Shown piece by piece: positions 9,688 to 18,213 of a stretch of DNA of 32,000 nt. The stretch is from Psychrobacter cryohalolentis K5 (lineage in GTDB: Bacteria; Pseudomonadota; Gammaproteobacteria; Pseudomonadales; Moraxellaceae): contig NC_007969.1 in assembly GCF_000013905.1 (NCBI RefSeq), forward strand, positions 570,001 to 602,000, in the 5' to 3' direction. Numbering within the stretch: the first letter of the stretch is position 1; each line of letters starts with the position of its first letter. Below the pieces are notes generated by a model. That model searched no databases. It saw only the letters and a program-made list of their open reading frames with translations, and was not told the DNA's origin. Position numbers and translations under genes: made by a program.

Positions 9688-10218
9688 ATGTCATTTGGCG
9701 CTATATTTTTAATATTGGCAGTTGGCTTTTTGGGGCTGATTACCTTACCAAAATTATTTTCTAATAAACAAGCTGTTGAACCAGATCTGCCGCCTGTACG
9801 CGGTGATGAGTTGGCTATTTGGCCGTTTGCGCCGATGCCTATCATGACCCCTACTGAAGTGATATTTTTTAATAAGTTAAAAAATGCATTACCGGAATAT
9901 CATATTTTTGTGCAAGTACAGCTGTCACGGATTATTGAAGCGAACAGTAATGAGACGTCTGAGCGCAGTTTTTGGTTCAATCGTATCTGCCGCCAAAGTG
10001 TTGATTATGTGATTGTTGATATTGATGCGCAGACTACCTTGGTTGCCATCGAGCTTGATGATTGGACACATAGCAGTAAAGCAAGGCAAAAAGCCGATGA
10101 CAAAAAAGACAAGGCGCTTGCCAGTGCGGGTATTGCTATCGTGCGTTTTCATGCGGAGCGCATGCCGAGTGCCGACATGCTGAGATATGAGCTGATGCAA
10201 GTGATTGAGAGTTATTAA
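9688..10218 (+). CDS. DUF2726-like membrane-anchored protein (predicted restriction-endonuclease-like / PD-(D/E)xK fold), function unknown
   Basis: N-terminal hydrophobic helix FGAIFLILAVGFLGLITLP. The core VDYVIVD ... LVAIELDDWTHSS ... K matches the IELDDxSH signature I associate with DUF2726. No search was run. Confidence 0.7.
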   Translation: MSFGAIFLILAVGFLGLITLPKLFSNKQAVEPDLPPVRGDELAIWPFAPMPIMTPTEVIFFNKLKNALPEYHIFVQVQLSRIIEANSNETSERSFWFNRICRQSVDYVIVDIDAQTTLVAIELDDWTHSSKARQKADDKKDKALASAGIAIVRFHAERMPSADMLRYELMQVIESY

Positions 10219-10243
10219 AAGCTATTAAGATGATGATAAAAGC

Positions 10244-11200
10244 TTAAAGTTTATTTTCTACTTGTTCGGTCTGCTTAGGATAAATAACAATAGGTCTATC
10301 GCCTGCAAAATATAAACCTGTTTTTAATATATCGTTTTTAGAATTGTTCAGTGGCGACTGACGGTCATCATAAAAGTCGCGTTTACTAAACCATTCAATG
10401 TAATGGGCGGCACGCAATGCGGTTATATCAATTGTCGAAAGACTAGCGCTATCATCTTTATCGCACCATTCGTGTATCGGAAAGCTTGGTGTCAGCCAAG
10501 ACGGATAAGTAAAATTACAGGTATTTATCGGCAAAAAGAATCGCCCTTTTATCACGCCATAGCGCTTATCAATTTTAATTTGACCATGTTTTTCCGTATC
10601 TACCCATACGGTGCGAAACTGCTTGGTTTGCATGTGAGTCATTTTGCGCTGTAAATTGTCCTTGGAGTTGATGCCAACCCAGTTCTCCGGCTCAAACGGT
10701 GCTGATCCCATAAAGAACTTAATAGCCAGTTCCCAATGCTCGACCAGATTTTCTGCATGATTATATAAGATTAAATCCAGCTCACCCGTCGTCTGCTTGC
10801 CGTTAAATAATTGCACATTATTAGCGAGTGTTTCGTACGGATGTAGTTCGCGCGCAAATCCATCCTCTAACCAAAATGACAGTAAGCCTTCGAAATGAAA
10901 ACCTAAGCGATTGGGGCTTGGACGCTTAAGTAAATAGCGGGTTAGCGCCTGATAGTCATTGGTGCTATCTAGCTCTCTTAACCGCTGCTGATACACCGCA
11001 AACTGCGATTGCCAAAAGTGTGCGCTATGAACCGACACGGTATGTGTATTCTGATGCGGCGCAAAGTCCAGCCATTCCGTTAAGACGTTAGGGCAGGCAA
11101 GCACATACGCTAAATCACGCACATAAGGTCGCTGGTATACGTCCCAAGGTGCGTCATCTATAAGGTAAGTCGAGAAGGGCTGAGCGATAGGCTCTGACAT
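10244..11200 (-). CDS. DUF1853-like protein (predicted PD-(D/E)xK fold), function unknown
   Basis: Motifs LGFHFEGLLSFW, GELDLILY and VEHWELAIKFF match my memory of DUF1853. The supplied ORF starts at a TTG (11212); the first ATG is at 11200 (MSEPIAQ...). The start is uncertain. Confidence 0.65.
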   Translation of the reverse strand: MSEPIAQPFSTYLIDDAPWDVYQRPYVRDLAYVLACPNVLTEWLDFAPHQNTHTVSVHSAHFWQSQFAVYQQRLRELDSTNDYQALTRYLLKRPSPNRLGFHFEGLLSFWLEDGFARELHPYETLANNVQLFNGKQTTGELDLILYNHAENLVEHWELAIKFFMGSAPFEPENWVGINSKDNLQRKMTHMQTKQFRTVWVDTEKHGQIKIDKRYGVIKGRFFLPINTCNFTYPSWLTPSFPIHEWCDKDDSASLSTIDITALRAAHYIEWFSKRDFYDDRQSPLNNSKNDILKTGLYFAGDRPIVIYPKQTEQVENKL

Positions 11201-11302
11201 AAAGTGAACCAATGCAAAGATGTAGCATTTACCCTAACGGCTCGCTCTATAAAAGTCTATAGGACACGAGTATCGGCTAGGGTAATGCTTAGTCTTTTGG
11301 AC

Positions 11303-11482
11303 TTAAAACATGATATTAATGTGATGGATATGAATACTAATATCAGGCGGCGATAGAAAGTAAGGTAATAGGATACTGAATACCGTTTTTAGTATTGGCA
11401 GTAGCCATTTTGGTAAGTTGCTGGATTCATTATAAGGTGACTGCTGTTCTAAATGAGGTGGGGTGTAATCTTGCTGAGTCAT
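11303..11482 (-). CDS. Hypothetical 59-aa micro-ORF with one hydrophobic segment (absent from the supplied track, which cuts at 60 aa)
   Basis: Hand translation: MTQQDYTPPHLEQQSPYNESSNLPKWLLPILKTVFSILLPYFLSPPDISIHIHHINIMF. GGAG lies 7 nt upstream of the ATG. It is on the same strand as the 284-aa ORF and 111 nt downstream of it. Confidence 0.3.
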   Translation of the reverse strand: MTQQDYTPPHLEQQSPYNESSNLPKWLLPILKTVFSILLPYFLSPPDISIHIHHINIMF

Positions 11483-11561
11483 TATCTAGCTCCATAATTT
11501 ACCGTAACTTGATTGATACGGCTTATTGTTGCTAGTTTATGGTGTGGGGGTTTGCGTAGGT

Positions 11562-11594
11562 TCTATAGTAGATAGCAAGTTATCTATAGTAGAT
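11562..11594. repeat. Two perfect copies of TCTATAGTAGAT with 21-bp periodicity
   Basis: Copies at 11562-11573 and 11583-11594. The second copy abuts and overlaps the stop codon of the 284-aa ORF. An internal inverted repeat TAGATA/TATCTA links them. Confidence 0.85.
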
Positions 11595-12448
11595 TAATTT
11601 AGTGGCTTTATATCGTTAATACGTGACAGCCATTTGCCTACGGCTTGATATTCGAGCGTTAAACCATCGTTTTGTAATATAGTGGTAATGCTAGCATTCA
11701 AAGATGGGTTGTTTTGGCTATATGGTTCGGCATTATCCAGATTAGTAAGTTTAGCCATTGCATACATTACCCTATCTAAAGCTCTATATGCTTGATGCGG
11801 TACTTTTTCTAAATCATCGGCTGGATTGACTGCGAGTGCAGCTTGTTCACTTTTGCTTTCAAGGTCTGATATTTCTTTTCTCTGTTGGACATAAACTTCC
11901 TTAGCCTTTTCCAAACGTGCTTCTAAAGCCTGATTTTTAGCTAGTAGAGATGAGTAATCATCATGAGTAATCGGTTTTAATTTATGAATATCAATATCGG
12001 AGAATAAAGTTTTAGGCATGTCGTCAGCATGATATTCGGCAATAAATTCTTTTAAGTCAGTTACTTTTATAGTTCGTCGTTCAGGATTAATATGACCTAT
12101 ATCACTACTCCCAGAGTCAGCTTCTTTTTTATCCTTGATATCATATTTATAGTAACCTTTACCGCCATCTCTGCCCATTTTTAACTTACCATCCTCAAAG
12201 GCCTGATGAAGTATTTCACATCTAGGTTCAACACATTGAACATATGGGTGCTTAACAATACTTCGGGACAATGCGTTTCCATCTCCTTTAGGAGTACATT
12301 GAGTCAATTCAGTAGCTAATTCACTTCTAGGAATACCACACCATAAAATTGCCGCTTCAGGCACAGTCAAATAATCAAAATTATTTTTAATATTGTCGCA
12401 ATTATTAAACTGTGAGTAATACTCTTTACCCTTAAGACTATATTGCAT
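11594..12448 (-). CDS. Hypothetical protein, orphan: HTH-like N-terminus, possible H-C-C-H knuckle, central coiled coil, unknown C-terminal domain
   Basis: 284-aa ORF with AAGGA 8 nt upstream of the ATG. Motifs YLTVPEAAILWCGIPRSEL, KHPYVQCVEPRCEILH and LLAKNQALEARLEKAKEVYVQQRKEISDLESK. G+C is lower than in flanking genes by hand counts. I recognise no family. Confidence 0.6.
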   Translation of the reverse strand: MQYSLKGKEYYSQFNNCDNIKNNFDYLTVPEAAILWCGIPRSELATELTQCTPKGDGNALSRSIVKHPYVQCVEPRCEILHQAFEDGKLKMGRDGGKGYYKYDIKDKKEADSGSSDIGHINPERRTIKVTDLKEFIAEYHADDMPKTLFSDIDIHKLKPITHDDYSSLLAKNQALEARLEKAKEVYVQQRKEISDLESKSEQAALAVNPADDLEKVPHQAYRALDRVMYAMAKLTNLDNAEPYSQNNPSLNASITTILQNDGLTLEYQAVGKWLSRINDIKPLN

Positions 12449-12596
12449 AATTCAAATCCTTACATCTTTCCAAAATAAGCATAAATCACTATTATTCGAA
12501 GCGTTAACCTTACAGAACTGCTTATACTTTAATAAAAATCTGAGTTTACCTCATCTCTTACCTAAGATGTAGACACAAACCTTATAAATCTAACCC

Positions 12597-12632
12597 AAAA
12601 AAAGCCAACCATTGAAAACAATGATTGGCTTT
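12597..12632 (-). terminator. Rho-independent terminator downstream of tRNA-Pro
   Basis: On the minus strand GCCAATCATTG and CAATGGTTGGC form an 11-bp stem with one G-U pair and a 4-nt loop, followed by TTTTTTT. T residues also follow on the plus strand, so it could act in both directions. Confidence 0.85.
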
Positions 12633-12650
12633 TCTCTTTATTACTATGTT

Positions 12651-12727
12651 TGGTCGGAACGGCAGGATTTGAACCTGCGACCACTACACCCCCAGTGTAG
12701 TGCGCTACCAGACTGCGCTACGCCCCG
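12651..12727 (-). tRNA. tRNA-Pro, anticodon GGG
   Basis: The reverse complement CGGGGCGTAGCGCAGTCTGGTAGCGCACTACACTGGGGGTGTAGTGGTCGCAGGTTCAAATCCTGCCGTTCCGACCA folds as a cloverleaf. It has a 7-bp acceptor stem (two G-U pairs), anticodon loop CTGGGGG, a GGTTCAAAT T-loop and an encoded CCA. It closely resembles E. coli proL. Confidence 0.93.
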
Positions 12728-12738
12728 AATGACTGACT

Positions 12739-12766
12739 ATTTTACGCAAAATTATGTATATTGCAA
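12739..12766 (-). promoter_or_regulatory. Candidate sigma70 promoter for tRNA-Pro
   Basis: On the minus strand, TTGCAA (12761-12766), a 16-bp spacer, then TAAAAT (12739-12744). The -10 box ends 11 nt upstream of the mature tRNA 5' end. Confidence 0.5.
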
Positions 12767-12841
12767 GAGCTATTTATTTCAGCCAAAATCTACAATGGCA
12801 TTTTATATATCATAGCCAGTATAACCAATGAGCAGTCAACC

Positions 12842-14371
12842 TTAACCCAGTAACTCTTTCAGAATTTGGTTGACTTGCTGTGGATTGGCACTACCGCGAC
12901 TGGCTTTCATTACTTGACCAACTAAACCATTGAAGGCTTTTTCTTTACCGCCGCGATACTCTTCAACCATCGCTGCATTTTTAGCAATGACGTCTTCAAC
13001 GATGGCTTTGATAGCGCCCGTATCGGTTTCTTGCTTAAGACCTTTTTCCTCGATGATTTTATCTGCTGCATCATCAGCATCGCCACCTTCGCGCTCATAT
13101 AAGGCACTAAAGACCTTCTTAGCCAGTTTGCCAGATAGGGTATCGTCTTTGATGCGTGATAGCATACCAGCCAATTGCTTGGCGCTGATAGGGGAGTCAG
13201 TAATTTCCTTATCATCTTTATTCAACGCACCGAGTAGGTCGCCCATTACCCAGTTAGCTGCCATTTTGGCATCTGCTTGCCCAACTTCTGCGACCACATT
13301 TTCAAAGTAATCAGCAATTTGACGGCTACCAGTCAAAATACGAGCGTCATATTCTGAAAGACCAAGCGCTTCTTCAAAACGCGCACGGCGGGCAACCGGT
13401 AGCTCAGGCATCGCTGCACGAATGCTATCAACCGTATGCTGCTCGATACGCACAGGTAGCAAGTCAGGATCAGGAAAGTAGCGATAATCATTGGCGTCTT
13501 CTTTGGTACGCATAACACGAGTTTCGTCGCGCTCTGGGTCATAAAGCATCGTTGCTTGTACAACTTTACCGCCGTCTTCTAAAATGTCAATCTGACGCTC
13601 GATTTCGCGATTGATGGCACGCTCGATGAAGCGGAACGAGTTTAAGTTCTTAAGCTCAGTACGCGTCCCCAACTCAGCACCAGGTTTACGGATAGAGACG
13701 TTACAATCACAGCGGAATGAGCCTTCTGCCATGATAGCATCTGAGATACCTAGCCACGTGACCAGCTGATGAATGGCTTTGATATAGGCCAGTGCTTCGT
13801 GAGCTGAGCGCATATCAGGTTCAGAGACGATTTCAATCAAAGGCGTACCAGCGCGGTTTAGATCCACGCCCGTCATACCATCGACGGCATCGTGTACTGA
13901 TTTACCAGCATCTTCTTCTAGATGCGCGCGGGTGATACCCATACGTTTTGGATATTCGTTCTTTTCACCTTCATTGACCACGACATCTATATAGCCTTCG
14001 CCAACGATAGGGTTGGCCATCTGGGTGATTTGATAGCCTTTCGGTAAATCAGGGTAAAAGTAGTTTTTGCGGTCAAAAGTATTAAATAGACCCAGCTCAG
14101 CGTTGACGCCGATACCGAATTTTAGCGCACGATCAACCACACCAGCATTTAGCACTGGCAAGACACCCGGTAAGCCTAAATCTACAATACTGGCTTGGCT
14201 GTTTGGCTCGTGACCAAAGTCAGTCGGCGCGCTCGAGAATATCTTACTTTCTGTGTTCAGCTGACAGTGAATCTCGATACCGATGACCACTTCATAACCA
14301 TCGACGAATAGCTCTTTACGAACATCGTGTTTGCGAACGGCGTTGTTATCAGTAGTAGTTGCTGTATTCAT
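12842..14371 (-). CDS. gatB: Asp-tRNA(Asn)/Glu-tRNA(Gln) amidotransferase subunit B
   Basis: Motifs [30 protein letters not shown] and a C-terminal GatB/YqeY-like tail. The likely start is the ATG at 14371 (MNTATTT...), which overlaps the gatA stop as TAATG. The supplied ORF extends 32 codons further upstream. Confidence 0.95.
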   Translation of the reverse strand: MNTATTTDNNAVRKHDVRKELFVDGYEVVIGIEIHCQLNTESKIFSSAPTDFGHEPNSQASIVDLGLPGVLPVLNAGVVDRALKFGIGVNAELGLFNTFDRKNYFYPDLPKGYQITQMANPIVGEGYIDVVVNEGEKNEYPKRMGITRAHLEEDAGKSVHDAVDGMTGVDLNRAGTPLIEIVSEPDMRSAHEALAYIKAIHQLVTWLGISDAIMAEGSFRCDCNVSIRKPGAELGTRTELKNLNSFRFIERAINREIERQIDILEDGGKVVQATMLYDPERDETRVMRTKEDANDYRYFPDPDLLPVRIEQHTVDSIRAAMPELPVARRARFEEALGLSEYDARILTGSRQIADYFENVVAEVGQADAKMAANWVMGDLLGALNKDDKEITDSPISAKQLAGMLSRIKDDTLSGKLAKKVFSALYEREGGDADDAADKIIEEKGLKQETDTGAIKAIVEDVIAKNAAMVEEYRGGKEKAFNGLVGQVMKASRGSANPQQVNQILKELLG

Positions 14372-15867
14372 TATACCGTCTCCTTCGCGATGGTAGAGTG
14401 TTGCAGATGATGATCTGTATGCTGCTGGAATAAATGAGCAGTAGAGAGCAATTTGCTCTCTTGCCAATATTGTCCAATCAATTGCAAACCAATAGGCAAT
14501 CCAGCTGAGGTTAAACCAACTGGCTGACTAAGCGCAGGTAGACCCGCTAAGTTGACACCAATGGTATAAACATCACCTAGGTACATCGTTGCAGGATCAA
14601 GGTCTTCACCAAGTTTATAAGCCGCTGTTGGCGCCGTTGGACTGGCGATCACATCACAGTTGGCAAAAGCATCTTCGAAGTCTTTGATAATTATGCGGCG
14701 CACTTTTTGTGCCTTAGTGTAATAGGCATCAAAGTAACCAGCAGATAGCGCATAAGTCCCTGACAAAATACGGCGCTGTACTTCAGGACCAAAGCCTTCA
14801 GAACGCGAGCGCGTATATAAGTCAATCAAGTCTTTAGGGTTTTCACAGCGATACCCAAAGCGCACACCATCGAAGCGTGATAGGTTTGATGATGCTTCAG
14901 CTGGGGCGAGCATATAATAGGTAGCAAGGGTGATCTCTGGATCGGTGATTGTCACCTCTACAATGGTCGCGCCAAGTTCTTCATATTTCTTTAACGCTGC
15001 ACGAGCTGCTTGTTCGACTTCAGTATCAAGTCCTTTACTAAAGTATTCTTTAGCAACACCAATGCGTAAACCGGCAAACGGTTTATCACCAGCGCTGGCA
15101 GCAGCGTCATTTAAATCTTGTACATAATCAGGCATGTCGTATTTGATAGAAGTCGCATCGCGTGGATCATGACCAATCATTGGCTGTAATAGGAAGGCAC
15201 AGTCCATGGCACTGCGACCCATACTACCGGCTTGATCAAGACTCGAGGCATAAGCAATCATACCGAAGCGAGAGACGCGACCATAAGTAGGTTTGATGCC
15301 CGTTAAGCCGCAAAATGAGGCAGGCTGACGAATAGAGCCACCGGTATCACTACCAGTCGCAACGGGTACAAATCCTGCTGCAACGGCTGCTGCACTACCA
15401 CCTGATGAGCCACCAGGTACATGCGCTATGTTCCAAGGATTGTGCACCGCACCATAATATGAGCTTTCATTGTCTGAGCCCATCGCAAACTCATCCATAT
15501 TGAGTTTACCAAGGCTAATCATTCCAGCTTTATCAATGTTAGTGACGATGGTCGCATCATAAGGAGAGATAAAATTATGCAGCATTTTAGAGCCACAGGT
15601 CGTCAATACGCCTTGAGTACAAAAAATATCTTTATGCGCCATGGGTACGCCAAGTAATGGGCGTTTGTCCCCTTGTACACGCATCTCGTCCGCCGCTTTT
15701 GCTTGCGCGCGCGCTGTCTCAGAGGTATGAGTGATAAAACTGTTGATCTTGCTATCAAGCGCGTTGATACGTTTGATGTAGTGGTCAGTCAGCTCAAGGC
15801 TGCTAAATTGTTTGTCTTGCAGACCAGTAATGAGCTGCTGGGTACTTAATAAATGAAGTTCAGACAT
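14371..15867 (-). CDS. gatA: Glutamyl-tRNA(Gln) amidotransferase subunit A
   Basis: Amidase signature [14 protein letters not shown] and [10 protein letters not shown]. 498 aa. Confidence 0.96.
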   Translation of the reverse strand: MSELHLLSTQQLITGLQDKQFSSLELTDHYIKRINALDSKINSFITHTSETARAQAKAADEMRVQGDKRPLLGVPMAHKDIFCTQGVLTTCGSKMLHNFISPYDATIVTNIDKAGMISLGKLNMDEFAMGSDNESSYYGAVHNPWNIAHVPGGSSGGSAAAVAAGFVPVATGSDTGGSIRQPASFCGLTGIKPTYGRVSRFGMIAYASSLDQAGSMGRSAMDCAFLLQPMIGHDPRDATSIKYDMPDYVQDLNDAAASAGDKPFAGLRIGVAKEYFSKGLDTEVEQAARAALKKYEELGATIVEVTITDPEITLATYYMLAPAEASSNLSRFDGVRFGYRCENPKDLIDLYTRSRSEGFGPEVQRRILSGTYALSAGYFDAYYTKAQKVRRIIIKDFEDAFANCDVIASPTAPTAAYKLGEDLDPATMYLGDVYTIGVNLAGLPALSQPVGLTSAGLPIGLQLIGQYWQESKLLSTAHLFQQHTDHHLQHSTIAKETV

Positions 15868-15932
15868 AAGGTGTCGTCCGTCAAAATGTTAATAGCATAA
15901 AGTAAGATACGAAATCAGAGAGCGACAGCCGC

Positions 15933-16247
15933 CTATTCAATCACTTGCGGTACCAAATACAAGCCATCTTCGACAGCAGGGGCAACCGATTGATTGCGTT
16001 CACGATTGATATCGTGTTTAGCGACATCAGCACGCAAATCTTGGCAAGCTTCATGAATGTTTGATAAAGGTTTGATATCGGTGGTATCGACATTACCAAG
16101 CGTGTTCATCAGCTTAAGTATTTTAGAGATATCAGCAGCATAGCTATCGGCAGTATTTTCATCGACACCTAAACGGGCAAGGTTGGCAACTTCTAGGATT
16201 TCTTCACGGCTGACAGTGTTGTCAGACGTTAATGGTTGCTGTGACAT
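15933..16247 (-). CDS. gatC: Glutamyl-tRNA(Gln) amidotransferase subunit C
   Basis: 104 aa, first gene of the gatCAB order. It has an acidic GatC-like sequence (VANLARLGVDE..., LRADV). Confidence 0.9.
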   Translation of the reverse strand: MSQQPLTSDNTVSREEILEVANLARLGVDENTADSYAADISKILKLMNTLGNVDTTDIKPLSNIHEACQDLRADVAKHDINRERNQSVAPAVEDGLYLVPQVIE

Positions 16248-16930
16248 AGTGTCTCCAGTTACGGACAGTTTTTGTTAGAGTAGAATATGACTAAAACAGA
16301 TAAGCACTAAAATAAGTGACTTATGTAAAGATGTAAGTATACAGTGGCTTTATTATAAAGCATCTGACCGAAGTTTACAGAGTAGGACACTTGATTACAG
16401 CACAATCTTTACTCACAAGATTGTTTAAAAGGGCTTTATTCACGACTCTTCTATTAAAAAAGGCTCAACTTAATAAGCAATTATGCGAAGCTGACTGGAT
16501 AGTAAAAAGTTGATGGTCAATAGCTCCCCATTTAATGACGAAATACGTTACAGTGGGTAGCTGCTGCTAATCAAGTTATCAAGCAAATTACTTAATAAGT
16601 ATCATAAGACGGTAGCTGCTTGTGAGTGATTGAATTAAAGGCTGTTTCATCAAAGCGGCTGGTATGGTCTGCGATTTCAAACTTTGTAACAACTTTTAGC
16701 GCATAAGCGCAAAATCCTAGCGTACTGATGTAAATATCTGTGTTTTTTTTGAGCCAAATCGGTATAATTTAGCTCAGTTTTTTCATTTCATCATTATAGC
16801 TTCGGTTTGACTTGTTACGATGATAAACTCTCGCCACGGGTAATGTCTAAAGACGACCTGCTCAATACTGACGAGTAATCCCTCGGTCACTCTCATTTGC
16901 CTCATTTGTAATACGCTGGAAATATTAGTC

Positions 16931-17959
16931 ATGAACCTGTTTGGATTTTTATCAAATAATATCGCAATCGACCTCGGTACTGCGAACACCCTTATTTTTA
17001 TTCCTGGTAAAGGCGTGGTGCTCGATGAGCCTACGGTGGTCGCTTTAAGAAGCAATCGCACACAGAACCCTACCGTTGCTGCTGTTGGTATTGATGCCAA
17101 GCAGATGCTGGGTCGTACGCCTGCCAATATTACGGCTATCCGCCCTTTAAAAGACGGCGTGATTGCTGACTTTGAAGTGACGCAAAAAATGCTTAAGCAT
17201 TTTATCGCCAAGGTAAAAGCTAAGCGTTTTATGGCACAGCCTAATGTGGTGGTTTGCGTGCCCTGCAAGTCTACCCTTGTCGAGCGAAAAGCGATTCGTG
17301 AAGCGGTATCGTCAGCTGGCGCCAGCAAAGTATTGTTACTAGAAGAGCCAATGGCAGCAGCGATTGGTGCTGGCATGCCGGTTCATGAAGCCAGCGGTTC
17401 GATGGTCGTTGATATCGGCGGTGGTACCACTGAGATTGCCGTTATCGCTTTGTCAGGTTGTGTCTATGCTGAGTCTATCCGTATCGGTGGCGATATGTTT
17501 GATGATGCCATTATTACCCATGTACGTCGTATTCATGGCTGCGTGATTGGTGAAACCACGGCTGAGCGTATCAAACAAGAAGTTGGCTCCGCGCTAAATG
17601 AAGACAGCCAGTTAGAAGTAGAAGTACGCGGACGTAGCATGGCAGAAGGCGTACCAAAAACCTTCACTGTCAACTCAGAAGAAGTGCAGAAAGCTTTGAG
17701 TGATCCGTTAAGTGGTATCGTCAGCGCGGTAAAAGCAGCACTTGAGCAGACGCCACCAGAGTTGTCATCAGATATCGCTGAACGCGGTATTGTCTTGACT
17801 GGGGGCGGCGCACTATTACGTGACCTAGATAAGCTCATCTCAAGAGAGACAGGCTTACCAGTTACAGTCGCTGAAGATCCATTAACTTGCGTGAGCCGTG
17901 GTGGTGGTATTGCGCTTGATTTTATCAATAACAAAAGCCTAAATATGATTTTTGTATAA
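16931..17959 (+). CDS. mreB: Rod shape-determining actin homologue MreB
   Basis: Motifs [37 protein letters not shown] and VLTGGGALL. Confidence 0.97.
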   Translation: MNLFGFLSNNIAIDLGTANTLIFIPGKGVVLDEPTVVALRSNRTQNPTVAAVGIDAKQMLGRTPANITAIRPLKDGVIADFEVTQKMLKHFIAKVKAKRFMAQPNVVVCVPCKSTLVERKAIREAVSSAGASKVLLLEEPMAAAIGAGMPVHEASGSMVVDIGGGTTEIAVIALSGCVYAESIRIGGDMFDDAIITHVRRIHGCVIGETTAERIKQEVGSALNEDSQLEVEVRGRSMAEGVPKTFTVNSEEVQKALSDPLSGIVSAVKAALEQTPPELSSDIAERGIVLTGGGALLRDLDKLISRETGLPVTVAEDPLTCVSRGGGIALDFINNKSLNMIFV

Positions 17960-18144
17960 ATCACTGTTTATCAAGCATTGTCATACTAGCAATGTTAGAT
18001 AAGGCTGAAGTTAACGATAACTAGGCATGAGAAAGGGTAGATGAATAACATTGAAGGTAGCCAAAAAGGTTGCCTTTAATATTATCAATAAAGGCAATCA
18101 ATATCTGATAGATACTGAGCTTTTTTTGATATCAACTGCCTTTT

Positions 18145-18174
18145 ATATAGTGCTATATAGTGCTATATGGTGCT
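18145..18174. repeat. Tandem 10-bp repeat, three copies (ATATAGTGCT, ATATAGTGCT, ATATGGTGCT)
   Basis: Read directly. It ends 40 bp upstream of the mreC start codon. Confidence 0.85.
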
Positions 18175-18213
18175 GGCTAATGCTCACATTAAAACCTCTA
18201 CATTAGACGAACT

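Noticed and set aside
9387-12650. Search for a duplicated tRNA-Pro 3' segment (att-type direct repeat), an integrase or a recombinase that would define a genomic island
   Set aside because: By eye I found no copy of TGGTCGGAACGGCAGGATTTGAACC or a substantial part of it, and no integrase-like ORF. A bounded mobile island therefore cannot be claimed. A computational repeat search should confirm this.
12612-12815. 67-aa plus-strand ORF
   Set aside because: It runs through the tRNA-Pro gene and its terminator and promoter on the opposite strand, so it is spurious.
14372-14467. 32-codon N-terminal extension of gatB overlapping gatA
   Set aside because: The ATG at 14371 gives the canonical TAATG stop/start coupling with gatA. 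The extension has no GatB similarity.
16783-17964. Two long antisense ORFs (197 aa at 16783-17376 and 143 aa at 17533-17964) opposite mreB
   Set aside because: They fully overlap a highly conserved, confidently identified gene. Their Ser/Ala/Thr/Ile-rich low-complexity translations are typical of shadow ORFs, and no ribosome-binding context was seen.
18145-18174. Possible CRISPR-like or minisatellite array
   Set aside because: There are only three contiguous 10-bp units with no spacers, so this is not a CRISPR array. It is kept only as a tandem repeat.
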